Shown here piece by piece: positions 1 to 12,658 of a stretch of DNA of 55,877 nucleotides. The notes beneath the pieces were generated by a model. That model had not been told where the DNA came from. It did no database searches and worked only from the letters and a program-made list of their open reading frames with translations. Source of the stretch: Lama guanicoe (taxonomy: Eukaryota); contig MU054027.1 of NCBI GenBank assembly GCA_013239625.1, forward strand, positions 66,273 through 122,149, written 5' to 3'. The translations under genes were made by a program, and so were the position numbers. Every line of letters starts with the position of its first letter. The first letter of the stretch is position 1.

Positions 1-346
1 AAACCAGGATGAGGCACCGTGGGCTTTGGAAATACAGGCTTTAAGTAGTTAGACGTGTATCCCAGGAAGAGTTTTAGTGAACCCAGATTCTTGCATCTTC
101 CCATACACAGAAAAGCCCTAAAATCATTAGTCACCCTGTTCATTGTGGCCAGCAGAAGTCTTCTGCTGAGATGCATGCTTGGCTGCACATATTCCTTAGC
201 CAAAAATCATGTATATACTGACTCCTCCCCTACTGCTTGAGAGCAGCGGTGTGAGAGGCTAGCTCCCAGACTATAGTCTTCAGTAAGACCCTAGAAAACT
301 TAAACTCACAGCTCTCAAAATTGTGCATTTTTCTTTCAGTCAGCCA
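1..346 (+). mobile_element. ERV solo LTR (5' part outside window), same family as the LTR at 25711-27108
   Basis: Shares blocks with 25750-26560 (caggatgaggcac, cccagattcttgcatct, tcagtaagaccct..aaaactta) and ends in ttctttcagtcagc-ca, like ...ttctttaagctgaca at 27108. Confidence 0.65.
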
Positions 347-867
347 ACGTCTTCCATGGTTCATGGGGCTTCGTGAAACATGTCTAGTGCTTTGGCTTGC
401 TTTTACCACAGTGGGTAACAGATGCTATAGAGCTCTGCTAATCAAAGGTGTTTGTTGCCTTTATTTTTTTCCTTGTACATTATATTAGCATAATTTTAAA
501 ATATATAATAGTCAGGAAGGCAGTTTACAGAAATCATGTAACTGGGAACATTATCTTCAATGTTCAGTATACAGTAGTGAGTTGACAGAAAATACTCAGC
601 CATGTGTTACCAATCAGCTTATAACATAAGTTGGCTTGTCAGTCTTCACGGAGATTCTGCTTTGGTGTGTGCTGGTGTATATGTTTTTCTTTTTAAAGCA
701 AACCAAAAATAAACATTGGCTAAGAGAGTTCAGAGCTAAGGAAAAAATGGAGTAGACATAAAAGTTCAATTGTCTGTCTCTTTTGTGATCATCTGTAAAA
801 GGCTTTATATTTTTGAGGAGACTTTCTCATATTTCCACCTTCCTAGTCTAGATAAGAGGGCCAGACA

Positions 868-960
868 GTCATTCAACAGCATTTATTGGACACCTTTTAT
901 GTGATAAGCCTTCTGCTGGGGCTCATAGTACTAGAAGAGATCAAGACAAAGATGAGCAGA
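868..960 (-). mobile_element. L2 LINE 3' end fragment
   Basis: cattcaacagcatttattggacacc...gtg..aagcc is the typical reverse complement of the L2 tail. Confidence 0.45.
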
Positions 961-1999
961 CAATGAATGGGCTTTGGATCTGTGTATCTTAAGCTGAACA
1001 AAAAGAATTTTTTGTAGCCCTAATACTGAAAAAAACTACTTAGAAGTCTGCTTTGTGACTTGAAAGGGGTGTTTTACAAATTTCTTCATGAAATTTCACC
1101 CTTATTTTCATTTACTGTAATTGTTCTAATCAAAGATTAGGGGGAAATGTGATTACTAAATTTAAAGCTGGCTATTAAATGAGTATACATAAGAAATGTA
1201 AATTAAAGACTATAATGTTTTGAGACTAGAGAAGAAAATATTAGTATCATAGTGAGAAGTTTCCATTTTCCAGAACAATTTAGAATTCAAAATTTCATTT
1301 TATAGTAATTGAATAACAATGAAGCATGAAAGGATTATTTGAAGGCAATGAAAGATTTAAGAATCTTAATATAAATGTAAATTGAGAGCACACAGCAAAG
1401 TCTGAACTTATCAGCAACACACAACAGTCTATTGACTTATCTTCAGTCACTCGTTTAACAAAACAGCCTACCAATGTGTTTGTGATACAAGTATTATGGG
1501 GCAACACATTTAATCTTGGGTTTCCAATTGCAGATGGTAAAACCTGGATCTCTGAGCATCGCCTGTGTCCACCGTGCCTGGCATCATCTCTGTTAAAGCT
1601 CTTCTTACGTTGCCTATAATTAGTAGATTACATGACAGATTTTCTAATTAGGATGTGAATTCCAAGAATGAAGAGCACAGGTCTGGTTCATATTTATATT
1701 TTTTTTATTCTTTGTAGATGTTCCAGAATTCAGTAACTATTTAGCCAATCAATCAATTGACTGTTCAGTCAACTCATATGTTATAAACATAACACAGTTC
1801 TATCTTTGTACAGTATGGTACTGTCACACACATGCACATACCCAGAGGGAGTGAGAAATAGAGATGGGGACAGCTAAGTGAATCAGTGATTCGTGGTTTG
1901 TTATTGGCCCTAAAATTTCTGCCATTAAACTTCTTCAGATTCCTCTGTTTCTAGAAACTCATGAGTAAACCCAATTTGACCACCTCAATGGGGAATCAT

Positions 2000-2415
2000 A
2001 AAAAAACAGAGCTTAGCGTGGATTGGTCATGACTTTTGGTCATAGGGAACCCTTCAATGGCTTTCTTATGTTTGTGGAATTCCCCTCCTTTTGTCTCCTG
2101 TCTTCCAAGGTAGAGTCAGAACCTCACCTTTCCAGTTTCTCTTGCAACTATGGTACAAAGACTGCCAATTAGATGCAATTATTCAACCTTAGTGCCCTCC
2201 ACTCTGGGTAAGCCTGAGGGAGGCAGCACTGACAAGAGTCCCATTGGCAGCATCCTGGGGTCCTGGAGGTACTGTTGCCACCGGGAGTGGCTGAGGGCCT
2301 CTCTGGAGCGGTCAGGGGAAGCTTCCAAACCTAATTTTCTGACCCTTCCAGATTTTGTGATTTAGCTTATATCCTTGAATACATTCTTTTTCTGCTTAAA
2401 CTAGCTAGAATTTGC
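2000..2415 (+). mobile_element. MaLR (MLT1-type) LTR remnant
   Basis: ctcacctttccagtttctcttgcaacta...ccaattagatgca and 3' ttctttttctgcttaaactagctaga resemble MLT1 motifs. Confidence 0.5.
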
Positions 2416-2599
2416 AAAAAGTAATCATGACTGAAAAGAGTTTATAAAAGGATGCACAAAGAGCAAGATACTTTGATGAGGGGGAAGGAGGGGAGAAAGG
2501 CAGGGAGTTCTCTTTAATCAAAAGAACATCAATGATTGTATTAGATGTAGATTTATACAGGCTTATGAAGCTCCTTGTACAGAGCATACCTCCTGCTGG

Positions 2600-2760
2600 T
2601 GCTTTCTCACCCACTGCCTTATTTGATGCTCTCTACAATTTCATGAGAATGTTATGCCCATTATTTTAATAGGAAGAGATGTAAGTCTCAGAGAAGTTAA
2701 GTATGGAGAAAATTGGGACCTGAATTCAGGCCCCACTTTTTGAGACTCATGGTCCCTGAG
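2600..2760 (-). mobile_element. MIR SINE remnant
   Basis: ttatgcccattattttaataggaagagatgtaagtctcagagaagttaagt is a MIR core-like motif. Confidence 0.45.
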
Positions 2761-3469
2761 CTGAGCTCCAAAACACCATTCACTACAGAGTTCCAGCCAA
2801 GCCACTGAAAAGGACGCTGCAGGTTATATTTCAACTTTAAGGCTTCTGGGAACCAACAAGTTAGGTGCTTTTGTTAGATGGTTAAATAATTGGATCTTTT
2901 CTTTTTGGTTATTTAAGGTAGTATCACTGAGTTTTAGTCAACCTGTTTGATTACAAACAAATCTCGGCAAACCAGATGTGCGATTGTGCAGGTAACAGCT
3001 CTCTGCCAGCAACTCTACCCAGGCCAGGAAATCTCATCAAAAAGGAATGCCATGCTCTCTCAGTATTTATATTACATTCAGAACTTTTCTCAGAGAAGAA
3101 TAGTAATTCAAGCCAGGAACACTTTTACAATTTTTTGAACATAAAAATACCTGGTTGAAATCCCTAACGGTCTTTGGAATTTAAACTGAAATTACTTTGT
3201 CCCACCTTCAGAAATCTTCTCTGGCAAGAAGTAGTCTTGTATTCACTGAGAGCACAAAAGATTTGCCACTCCTCTATGGTGCTGAAGGAATAACACATAA
3301 GAAAGTGTACTGATTTTTTTTTAAAAAAGCAACTTACCTGAAGGGAGAAAGTGTAAATTAAAGTGAAAAGGGAATCGGCTGAGAACCTGGCACACAATGA
3401 AACAGTTTTTTCTTTTCCTTTTCCTTTTCCTTTTTTTTTTAGAGTTTTTGCTTTTAAGATCAGTATTAT

Positions 3470-4345
3470 CAGCTAATTCATTACTAATCATCAGGAGAAT
3501 TCATATCAAAACCACAATGAAATGTCACCTCACCCTTGTCAGAATGGTTATTATCAAAAAGACAAATTATAAGTGTTGGCAAGGATGTGAGAAAAGGGAA
3601 ACTTCATGCATGCAGTGTAAGTGGGAAGGTAAATTGGTGCAGTCACTGTGGAAAACAGGATGGAGAGTCCTCACGAAATTAAGAACTACCATATTATCCA
3701 GCAATTCCACTCCTGTATTCATCCAAAGAAAACAAAAACACGAATTTTGAAAGATATATACACCCCTATGTTCACTGCAGCATTATTTGCAAAAGCCAAG
3801 ATATGGAAGCAACCTAAATGCCCATTGATAAATAAATAGATAAAGAAGATGTGGCATATATATACAACAGGATATTACTCAGACAAAGAAAAGAATTAAA
3901 TCTTGTCATTTGTGATGACATAGATGGCCCTGGTGGGCATCATGCTAAGTGAAATAAATCAGACAAAGACAAATATTGCATGGTTTAATTTCTATGTGAA
4001 ATATAACAAAACAAAACAAATCTACAAACATAACTAAACAGAAACAGAGTCATAGATACAGAAAACAAACAGGTGATTGCCAAAGGTGTGGAGGTGTGGG
4101 AGGAGGAGAGAAATGGGCAAGGGGGATTAAGAGATACAAACTTCCAGTTGCAGAAAATTGAGTCATGAGTATGAAATGTACAGTGTGGGACATATAGCAA
4201 TACCTGCATCATACCTTTGTGTGGTGACATAACGTAACTATACTTATCATGATGATCATTTAAAAATGCATGAAAGTACTGAATCACTATGTTGTGTACC
4301 AAGAACTAAAATAGTGTTGTAGGCCAATTATACTTCAAAATAAAC
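3470..4345 (+). mobile_element. L1 3' fragment (ORF2 C-terminus plus 3' UTR)
   Basis: Translations IKTTMKCHLTLVRMVIIKKT and TPMFTAALFAKAKIWKQPKCP are L1 ORF2 C-terminal motifs; frameshifted; A-rich end. Confidence 0.9.
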
Positions 4346-4507
4346 AATGTATTAAAAATAGTAACAACAGAAATGATTTCCAATCACATGACTTACATTT
4401 GAATATATTTAGGCTGGCAGATATTAAGTACAGGCTCAATATTAGAGGGGAGAGGAGAGAGGAGGATTGGAAGAATAAAGCATTAGTATTACTAATACTG
4501 AAGGTAT

Positions 4508-4631
4508 TAGGAAACCATGGAAATATTAGTTGCATTATGTGATGCCTGAAATTAATGAGTATATTCAAAAGCCATTAGAAATAGGAAACCATGGAAATAT
4601 TAGTTGCATTATGTGATGCCTGAAATTAATG
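4508..4631. repeat. 50-bp direct duplication (4508-4557 / 4582-4631)
   Basis: taggaaaccatggaaatattagttgcattatgtgatgcctgaaattaatg occurs twice with a 24-bp spacer. Confidence 0.9.
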
Positions 4632-4972
4632 TAGGTTTTTAAAATTCTGGATTACTCTACGACGCATTTTGGAATAAAACATCTGAAAGTGACTAAAGAA
4701 GAAATGTTTAGTATTTAATAAACTATGAAACAAATGATTTAAAAAATCTAGTTCTAATTTGTTACTTATTTGAAGGTTTATGGAAATGAATCAGACTATG
4801 TAAAACCTCCAAAATATACAAATTAAATAAATCTTACAAAGTGCTAAATTTCTTTCTGAGACCATCAGGAAACACGTGCCAAGTAAATTTTTATGAGGTA
4901 ATCAGAAATTATTATTCCTTAGTGTCTAAAGTAAAAAAGAATGATCAGATTTATTTTTACGTTTACAAGTGC

Positions 4973-7390
4973 TTTTTGTTTTTATTTATTTTTCTTTTTT
5001 AATTGAAGTATAGTCAGTAACAATGTGTCAGTTTCTGGTGCACAGCACAATGTCTTAGTCATGCTTAAACATACATATATTCATTTTCTTATTCTTTTTC
5101 ATTAAAAGTTATTACAATATATAGAATATACTTCCCTGTGCTATACAGAAGAAATTCATTTTTTTAATCTATTTATATATATATATAGTGGCTAACAATT
5201 GCAAATCTCAAACTCCCAAATTATCCTTTCCCACCCCTCTTTCCCTTGGTAACCATAAAATTGTTTATAATGTCTGTGAGTCTGTTTGTGTTTTGGAGAT
5301 GAGTTCATTTCTGTCCTCTTTTTATCTTTTTTGTTTTAGATTCCATATATGAGTGATACCATGTGGTATTTTTCTTTCTCTTTCTGGCTTACTTCACTTA
5401 GAATGACGATCTCTAGGTCCATCCATGTTGCTGCAAATGGCATCATTTTATTATTTTTTATGGCTGAGTAGTATTCTGTTGTATAAATATACGGCAACTT
5501 TTTTATCCAATCATCTGTGAATGGACATTTAGTTTGCTTCTATGCCTTGGCTCTTGTATATAGTGCTGCTATGAACATTTGGGTGCATGTATCTTTTCAA
5601 ATTAGAGTTCCCTCCAGGTATATGCCCAAGAGTAAGATTGCGGGATCATATGCTAAGTCTATTTTTAGTTTTTTGAGGAATCTCCATACTGTTTTCCATA
5701 GTGGCTACACTAAACTACATTCCCACCAGCAGTGTAGGAGGGTTCCCTTTTCTCCACACCCTCTCCAGGATTTATCATTTGTGGACTTTTGAATGATGGC
5801 CCTTCTGATTGGTGTGAGGTGATACCTCATTGTAGTTTTGACTTGCATTTCTCTGATAGTTAGGAATATTGAGCATTTTTTCATGTGCCTACTGGTCATT
5901 CATGTCTTCATTGGGAAATTGCTTGTTTAGGTCTTCTGCCCTTTTTTGGATTGGGTTGTTTGTTTTTTTGTTACTAAGTTTTATAAGGTGTTTATATATT
6001 CTGGAAATTACTCCTTTGTCAGTTGCATAATTTGCAAATATTTTCTCCCATTCTGAATGTTGTTGTTTTGTTTTGCTTATGGTTTCCTTTGCTGTGCAAA
6101 AGCTTGTAAGTTTAATTAGGTCCCATTTGTTTATTCTTGCTTTTATTTCTATTGCTTGGGTAAACTGCCCAAAGAGAACATTGCTGACATGTATGTGTGA
6201 TAATGTTCTGCCTATATTTTCTTCTAGAAGTTTTATTGTTTCTTGTCTTAAGTTTAAGTCTTTAAGCCATTTTGACTTCAGTTTTGTGTATGGTGTGAAG
6301 GAGTATTCTAGCTTCACTGATTTACATGCAGCTGTCCAATTTTCCCAACACCATCTGCTGAAGAGACTGTCTTTATTCCACCGGATATTCTTGCCTCTTC
6401 TGTCAAAGATTAATTGGCCAAAAATTTGTGGATTCATTTCTGGGCTCTCTGTTTGGTTCCATTGATCCATTATGTCTGTTTTTGTATCAGTACCATACTG
6501 TTTTGATTACTTAGCTCTATAGTATTGTCTGAAGTCTGGGAGGGTTATTCCTTCAGCGTTGTTCTTTTTCTTCAATAATGCTTTGGCAATTCTGGGTCTT
6601 TTGTGATTCCACACAAATTTTATTATGATTTGTTCTAGTTTGGTGAAATATGTCCTGGGTAATTTGATGGGGATTGCATTAAATCTGTAGATTGCCTTGG
6701 GCAGTGTGACCATTTTAACAAAATTGATTCTTCCAACCCAGGAGCATGGGATATCTTTCCATTTTATTAAGTCTTCTCTAACTTCCTTAATCAGTGTCTT
6801 GTAGTTCTCCATGTATAAAGTCTTTCACCTCCTTGGTTAGATTTATTCCTAGATATCTTATTATTTTGGGTGCTATTTTAAAAGGGGCTGTTTCTTTACT
6901 TTATCTTCCTGTTGATTCATCATTAGTGTGAAGAAATGCAATTGATTTTTGTACATTAATCTTGTATCCTGCTACCTTGCTGAATTCTTCGATTATTTCT
7001 AGTAGTTTTTGTGTGGACCTTTTAGGGTTTTCTATATACAGTATCATGTCATCTGCAAATAGTGACAATTTTACCTCTTCTTTTCCAATCTGGATCCCTT
7101 TTGTTTCTTTTTCTTGCCTGATTGCTGTGGCTAAGACTTCCAGGACAATGTTGAATAGAAGTGGTGAGAGTGGACAAGATTTTAGTTGGAAGGTTTTCAG
7201 TTTTTCACTGTTGAGTACTATGCTGGCTGTAGGTTTGTCATGAATAGCTTTTATTATGTTGAGATATGTTTCCTCTATACCCACTTTGGTGAGAGTTTTT
7301 ATCATAAATGGGTATTGAATTTTATCAAAAGCTTTTTCTGCAACTATTGAGGTGATCATATGGTTTTTATTTTTTAATTTGTTAATGTGG
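4973..7390 (-). mobile_element. 5'-truncated L1 (ORF2 RT domain to 3' UTR), degraded
   Basis: Minus ORFs give [37 protein letters not shown] (RT), [17 protein letters not shown] and [18 protein letters not shown]; poly-T at 4973-5000. Confidence 0.95.
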
Positions 7391-8730
7391 ACTATACTAG
7401 TTATAGTAATCAAAGTAGTATGGTACTGGCACAGAAACAGACACATGGATCAGTGAGTGGAACAGGATAGAAAGTCAAGAAATATACCCATGCACTTATG
7501 ATCAATTTATTTACAACAATGGGAGCAAGAACATATAATGGAGATAAGACAGTCTCTTCAATAAGTGGTGCTGAAAAAACTGGACAGGTACTTGTAAAAG
7601 ACTGAAATTAGAACATTTTCATACACCATATATAAAAATAAACTCAAAATGGATTAAAGACCTAAATAAGAGACTATAAAACTCCTAGAGGAAAACATAG
7701 GCAGAACAGTCTTTGACATAAATCACAGCAATATTTTCTGAACCAACTCCTGGAGGAATGGAAATAAAAGCAAAATGATCAAATAGGATCTAATTAAACC
7801 TAAAAGTTTTGCACAGCTAAAGATGCCATCAACAAAACAAAAAGACAACCTACAGAATGGGAGAAAATATTTGCAAATAATGTGACTGACAAGCAACTAT
7901 TTTCCAAAATATAAAAAGAGCTCATAGAGCTTAATATAAAAAACAAGCAACCCAATCAAAAAATGGGAGGAAGACCCAAGAAGATAGACAGCTCTACAAA
8001 GAAGCCATCCATATGGCCAAAAAGCACATGGAAAGATGCTCATCATCACTAATTGTTAGAGAAATGTAAAACAAAACTACAGTGAAGTATCATCTTACAC
8101 CAGTTAGACTGGCCATTATTAAAAATTCCACAAAGGATAAATGCTGGAGAGACTGTGGAGAAAAATGAATCCTCCTACACTGTCGGTGGGAGTGTAAATT
8201 GGTGCAGCCAGTATGGAGAACAGTAAGTAGATTCCTCAAAAAACTAAAAGTAGACTTACCATATGATCCAACAATCCCACTCCTGGGCATAGATCTGGAG
8301 GAAAATAGATTTCAAAAAGACACATGCACCCCAGTGTTCACAGCAGCACTACATACAATAGCCAAGACATGGAAACAACCCAAATGTCCATCGACAGTTG
8401 ACTGGATAAAGAAGATGTGGTGTATATATACAGATACACATATACATATACATACACACAATGGAATATTACTCAACATTTAAAAAGGATAAAATAATGC
8501 CATTTTCAGCAACATGGATGGACCTGGAGATGGTCATTCTAAGTGAAGTAAGTCAGAAAGAGAAAGAAAAATACCATATGATATCACTTATATGGGGAAT
8601 CTAAGAAAAAAGGACAGAAATGAACTTTACCTACAGAACAGAAACAGACTCACAGACATAGAGAACAAACTATGGTTACCAGGAAGTAGGGGAGGGTGGG
8701 AAGAAATAAATTGGGAATTCAAAGTTTGCA
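7391..8730 (+). mobile_element. Second L1 3' segment, opposite orientation, abutting the previous one
   Basis: Starts at the ORF2 'YY.A.VIK..WYW' region (atagtaatcaaagtagtatggtactggcac) and continues to [12 protein letters not shown]...TWKQPKCPS and the 3' UTR. Confidence 0.92.
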
Positions 8731-8885
8731 CCTCTTGGGAAGTGATGGAAATGCTAGTTATCTTGATTGTGGTGGTGGTTTCATTGATGTATACATCTAT
8801 CAAAATTCATCAAATTGTACATTTGCTATATGTGTAGTTTACCATATAGGAATCATACCACAATAAAGGTGTCAAAAGTAAAAAT
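8731..8885 (+). mobile_element. Older L1M-type 3' end
   Basis: gatggaaatg..ttatcttgattgtggtggtggtttca..gtatacat..tcaaaattcatcaaattgtaca...caataaag. Confidence 0.7.
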
Positions 8886-8937
8886 AATAACTTATGGTAA
8901 TAAATATAAAAAGAAAAAGCCTAAGTGAATGTGACTG

Positions 8938-11250
8938 GCAACAAATCTTTACATGCAGTCGGAAGGTAGTACACCTTTCCTTGTTTGGAAGCTGGGCACT
9001 TTGCAGCTGCGCAGCAGCATTAAGAACAGCAGTGTCACAAGTCTGTTATACAATTCACTGTAAGTATGACTTGCTGTGTATAACTTCCTTTCACAGAAAG
9101 AATACGGTGTCCAAAATTACCTTCATGTAGCTTTAAGATATTCCTATAAAAAACTAGACAGAAAAATAGTTACCAAAGGAAAAGAAAGACTCACCTTTTA
9201 CTCTTTAAAGCCTAGCCTTTTCCCTGTTTCAAGGTAGCCTTAAAAACTAGCTCTTGAGATATGTTGCACAATTCACTAGGTGCATGACTTACGGAGTTTA
9301 ACTTCCTTTTACTAAAAGGACACTTTTCTAGAATTTTTTTCATATTGCTTGTTAGAAAAGTCTGTATCAATCTAATGGGGAACAAGTCTTTACATGAAAT
9401 ATTAACAAACCAGCAGCTTGAGTGTTTCTAAGGCTAAGCATATGATGTGAAAGCCGTTTTCTCACAGGGAAAGGATGTAAATTTTTTCCATCCACAAGGA
9501 AATCATTTTTCCCATATTAGCTTTGTTTATAAGTTTGTTACAAGCTGTATTAAAGAAATTTTAGGAACAGTGTTCTTTCTCTGTAAGTAAGGAGATGATA
9601 TCCAATGCGAGATGCATGTAGAGAATTAACAGACCTGTAACTCTAGTGTTTCTAAGTCTATTTTGATTTTGAAAAGCTTAACTTTAACAATGAATAGATG
9701 TCAAAGCCTTCACATTCACAGATTTAGACTTGCTCCTATATTAGATATATACAGAAATTTGTTACCAGTGAAGGCTTGCTACTATATGACAGAAATGTTA
9801 GGCACAGAGTCGTTCTAGTGACAGGAAGTTATACACAGTGGTCACGTATGTAGCTAAGTTGTGTGACAGACCTGCAGCACTGGTGACTCTAAGCCTACAT
9901 ACAAGGTGTTTTAAGCATAGCATTCTAGCCAAATCTATTTGAAAGCCTTCAAGTCTGAATGAAACACTTTATATATGTATATCTTATAAGTCACGTGAAA
10001 GAAATTTCAGGCACCCTGTCCTTTCAGTGAAAGGAATTAGGACAGTGAGTCACGCATGTAGTGAATCATGTAACAGGCCTGTAGGACGAGTGTTTCTAAG
10101 GTTACTTAGAAGCTGCCCAAAGCCTACTTTTCTAACTGGGAAAGCGTGTACTTTACTTTCCATCTGCAAGGAATGGCTTCTTTCCATATCGTTGGAAGTT
10201 ATTTCCAATGAGGGATACTGAAAGAAGTTCTAACAAGGTGTTCTTTAGTGGAAGGTGATTATACTCAGTGAGTGAGTCACAAGCTGAACTGTGTAAGGAG
10301 CCTGCAACTACAGCTTTCCTAAGAATACGGCAAGCTGTGTTAAAGCCAGTTTTCTCACAGTGAATGGATGTGACTTTCTGATTGCATGTAAATTCTTGTT
10401 TCATATTACATATATAAATACTTATTATAAGTCATATGAAAGAAGATTTTGGAACAGTGTTCATTTAGTGAAAGCAAGTTATATGTGTGACTCATGCATT
10501 TTTGAATTGTTTCACAGACCTTTAACACTAGTGTTTCTAAAGCTACTTAGAAGCTGAGTAAAGGTCAGAGTTCTAACAGTGAGAAATGTGAAATCCTTTT
10601 TGTCTGTGTGGAAAGGCTTGTTCCCTTATTTTATATATATATATTATAAAGATACATCTTTTACTCTTTATACATATATACACACACATATATATACACA
10701 TACATACATACAAGCTACATGAAATAATTGTTGGCACAGCGTTCCTAGTCAGTGGGAGCCCTAGGCAGTGCTGTTTAACAGACCCGCAACAGTGGTGTTG
10801 CTGAGACTCCTTCGCAGTTGCAGCACTCCTAGTGTTCCGACAGTGAATGGATGCGGAAGTCTTTCCCGCTGCACATAAACACTTGTCCCACGTAGGGCAC
10901 CTACAGACGCAGTTATTAGCTAATGAAAGAAATCTGGGGGACTGCAGTCTTTCAGTAAAAAGCAGTTGTGCCCACGTGTGGTCCACGCGTTGAACTGTTT
11001 AGCACTGGTGTTTCTAAGGCTCCTTAGAAGCTGGGCTCAGCCCAGGGCTTTAACAGCGTAAGGAACTGAAGCTCTTTCCACCTGCACATAAAGACTTGTT
11101 CACATATTAGATATAGAGAGAGATTTCTTACAAGCTTATGAAGGAAACTGTTGGCACAGTGTTTTTTCAGTGAAAGGAAGTGACACCCAGTCCTTGACCC
11201 ATGTCGTGAACTGTTTAACAGTCCTGTAGCACTTGTTATTTTTAGTTCTA
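8938..11250. repeat. Highly diverged ~225-bp tandem array; ~2 inverted units (8938-9395) then ~9 forward units (9400-11250)
   Basis: Anchor gtgtttctaag or variants at 9422, 9646, 9883, 10090, 10313, 10531, 10795, 11008, 11235; a second motif cagtgtt..agtgaaaggaag recurs; its reverse complement (aacttccttt.ac..aa) is at ~9082 and ~9300. Confidence 0.8.
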
Positions 11251-11329
11251 GGAGGAATGTCAGGGTCTGCACATCATTTGAATTAGCACAGGAAAAAAAC
11301 ACCCCACAACTCCCAGTCCGTAAATTAAA

Positions 11330-11600
11330 CAGTTTTAATATAACAATATTCAAATCTCACTGTACTATGAAGACAATAAATATTGCCTTTCCAAATAGGT
11401 AAATGAGCCTCGGAATGAGGTGTCAGGGAGGGGGAGCTAGCTGACTTCAGGTGCTCCTGCCATGTCCCTGCCACAGTGGAGACCACGCTGCTCCTGGACA
11501 CACGCTTGCTCCTGGTTTTGATGGTGGCCTGCTAGTCTTGGCCTTGAGTGTCCTGCTGCCCAGCTGTGACTGGGGCTCCAGCCAGCAGGACAGGATGCAG
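11330..11600 (-). pseudogene. RALGDS: RALGDS-like terminal exon and 3' UTR, acceptor AG>AA
   Basis: (S)CILSCWLEPQSQLGSRTLKAK vs SYNLSCELEPPSESASNTLRTK; ATTAAA near 11334. Confidence 0.75.
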
Positions 11601-11791
11601 TTATGGGAGGGAGTGTTATCCGTCACATGTTAGGTATCCCTCACAGTGTCCGCCCAGCAGTTGGAGTCTGGGTGTCCAAGTGGTCGCCAACCAGGTGTGG
11701 GGCTGACCAGGCACATGTGGGCTCAGGCTCTCTGGACTGGCTGGCAGGAAGAGTCCACCGCTGCCTTCTCCTGTCTCCTGCCTGGCCTCAC

Positions 11792-11913
11792 CTCTCATTC
11801 TCATTGAGCCGCTCCATGTCCCAGAACCAGACACCAAATTGCTCCTTGGGCTCTAGGCTGTAATTTTCTGCAGCTACCTGGAGCAATATGATCTCTGCCA
11901 TGATTTTGTATTT
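11792..11913 (-). pseudogene. RALGDS: RALGDS-like 122-bp RasGEF C-terminal exon
   Basis: cccag|KYKIMAEIILLQVAAENYSLEPKEQFGVWFWDMERLNENE|gtgagg vs EFEVIAQIKLLQSACNNYSIAPDEQFGAWFRAVERLSETE. Confidence 0.9.
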
Positions 11914-12278
11914 CTGGGACCAAAGGGAGGGAGAGGATGCAGACAGGGCCTGCATAGTGGATGATGTAAGGGGGTGAAGAGTGAGGCAGGGGATTGGTCC
12001 TGCATCTTTGCTCACTTGGGAACCCTTCTTCCCTACAATTTCATCCAGGCCCTACCTGTTCTCAGAGATGGAATAAAGAGCCCCTCCTCCAGGAAGCTCT
12101 CCTTGATGCCATGCCCTTTCCCTTACCCATCAGCTGGTTGGGTCTCCCACCCTTCTGTTTTCAAAGTCTCCCAGCAAATGTAAGATTCAGGGGATGGAGC
12201 CAAGGAGTTTTCTCCCAAGGGGTTCTTCTGATTTCCATTCTTATGCCCTCTTCCACAGGGAGAGATACAGCTGCTCAC

Positions 12279-12311
12279 CTTGTTCTGTTTCTGGCTGTTA
12301 ATCTCATTTCC
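12279..12311 (-). pseudogene. RALGDS: RALGDS-like 33-bp exon, acceptor AG>AA
   Basis: GNEINSQKQNK|gtgagc vs GRLINFEKRRK, after a pyrimidine tract. Confidence 0.75.
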
Positions 12312-12343
12312 TTGGAAGACAGACAGACAGACAAGAAGGAGCC

Positions 12344-12658
12344 CTCCAGTCAGTCCTAGCCCCCTAGGCTCACTGCCACCAGGTTTCACAAAGGGGCCAG
12401 GATGCACAGCAAACAGGGCGTGGACCTAGGCCGAGCCTTGTCCCCAGAGTGTGACTTGTGGGCTGAGTCTCAGGGACCTTGTAGCACAGCCCTCTAAGAC
12501 AAGAAGCTCCAGTCAGTCCTAGCCCCCTAGGCTCACTGCCACCAGGTTTCACAAAGGGGCCAGGATGCACAGCAAACAGGGTGTGGACCTAGGCCGAGCC
12601 TTGTCCCCAGAGTGTGACATGTGGGCTGAGTCTCAGGGACCTTGTAGCACAGCCCTCT
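12344..12658. repeat. ~152-bp near-identical tandem duplication (12344-12495 / 12507-12658)
   Basis: ctccagtcagtcctagc...cttgtagcacagccctct twice, 2 substitutions seen. Confidence 0.92.

Noticed and set aside
5517..8483. ORFs as host genes or an active L1
   Set aside because: Fragmented L1 ORF2 with frameshifts; no ORF1 or 5' UTR.
8938..11250. Degenerate C2H2 zinc-finger array or CRISPR-like array
   Set aside because: A few aaagcctt motifs occur, but the period is ~225 bp rather than 84 bp and there are no TGEKPY linkers. Inter-anchor sequence is homologous between units rather than unique spacers, and the DNA is mammalian.
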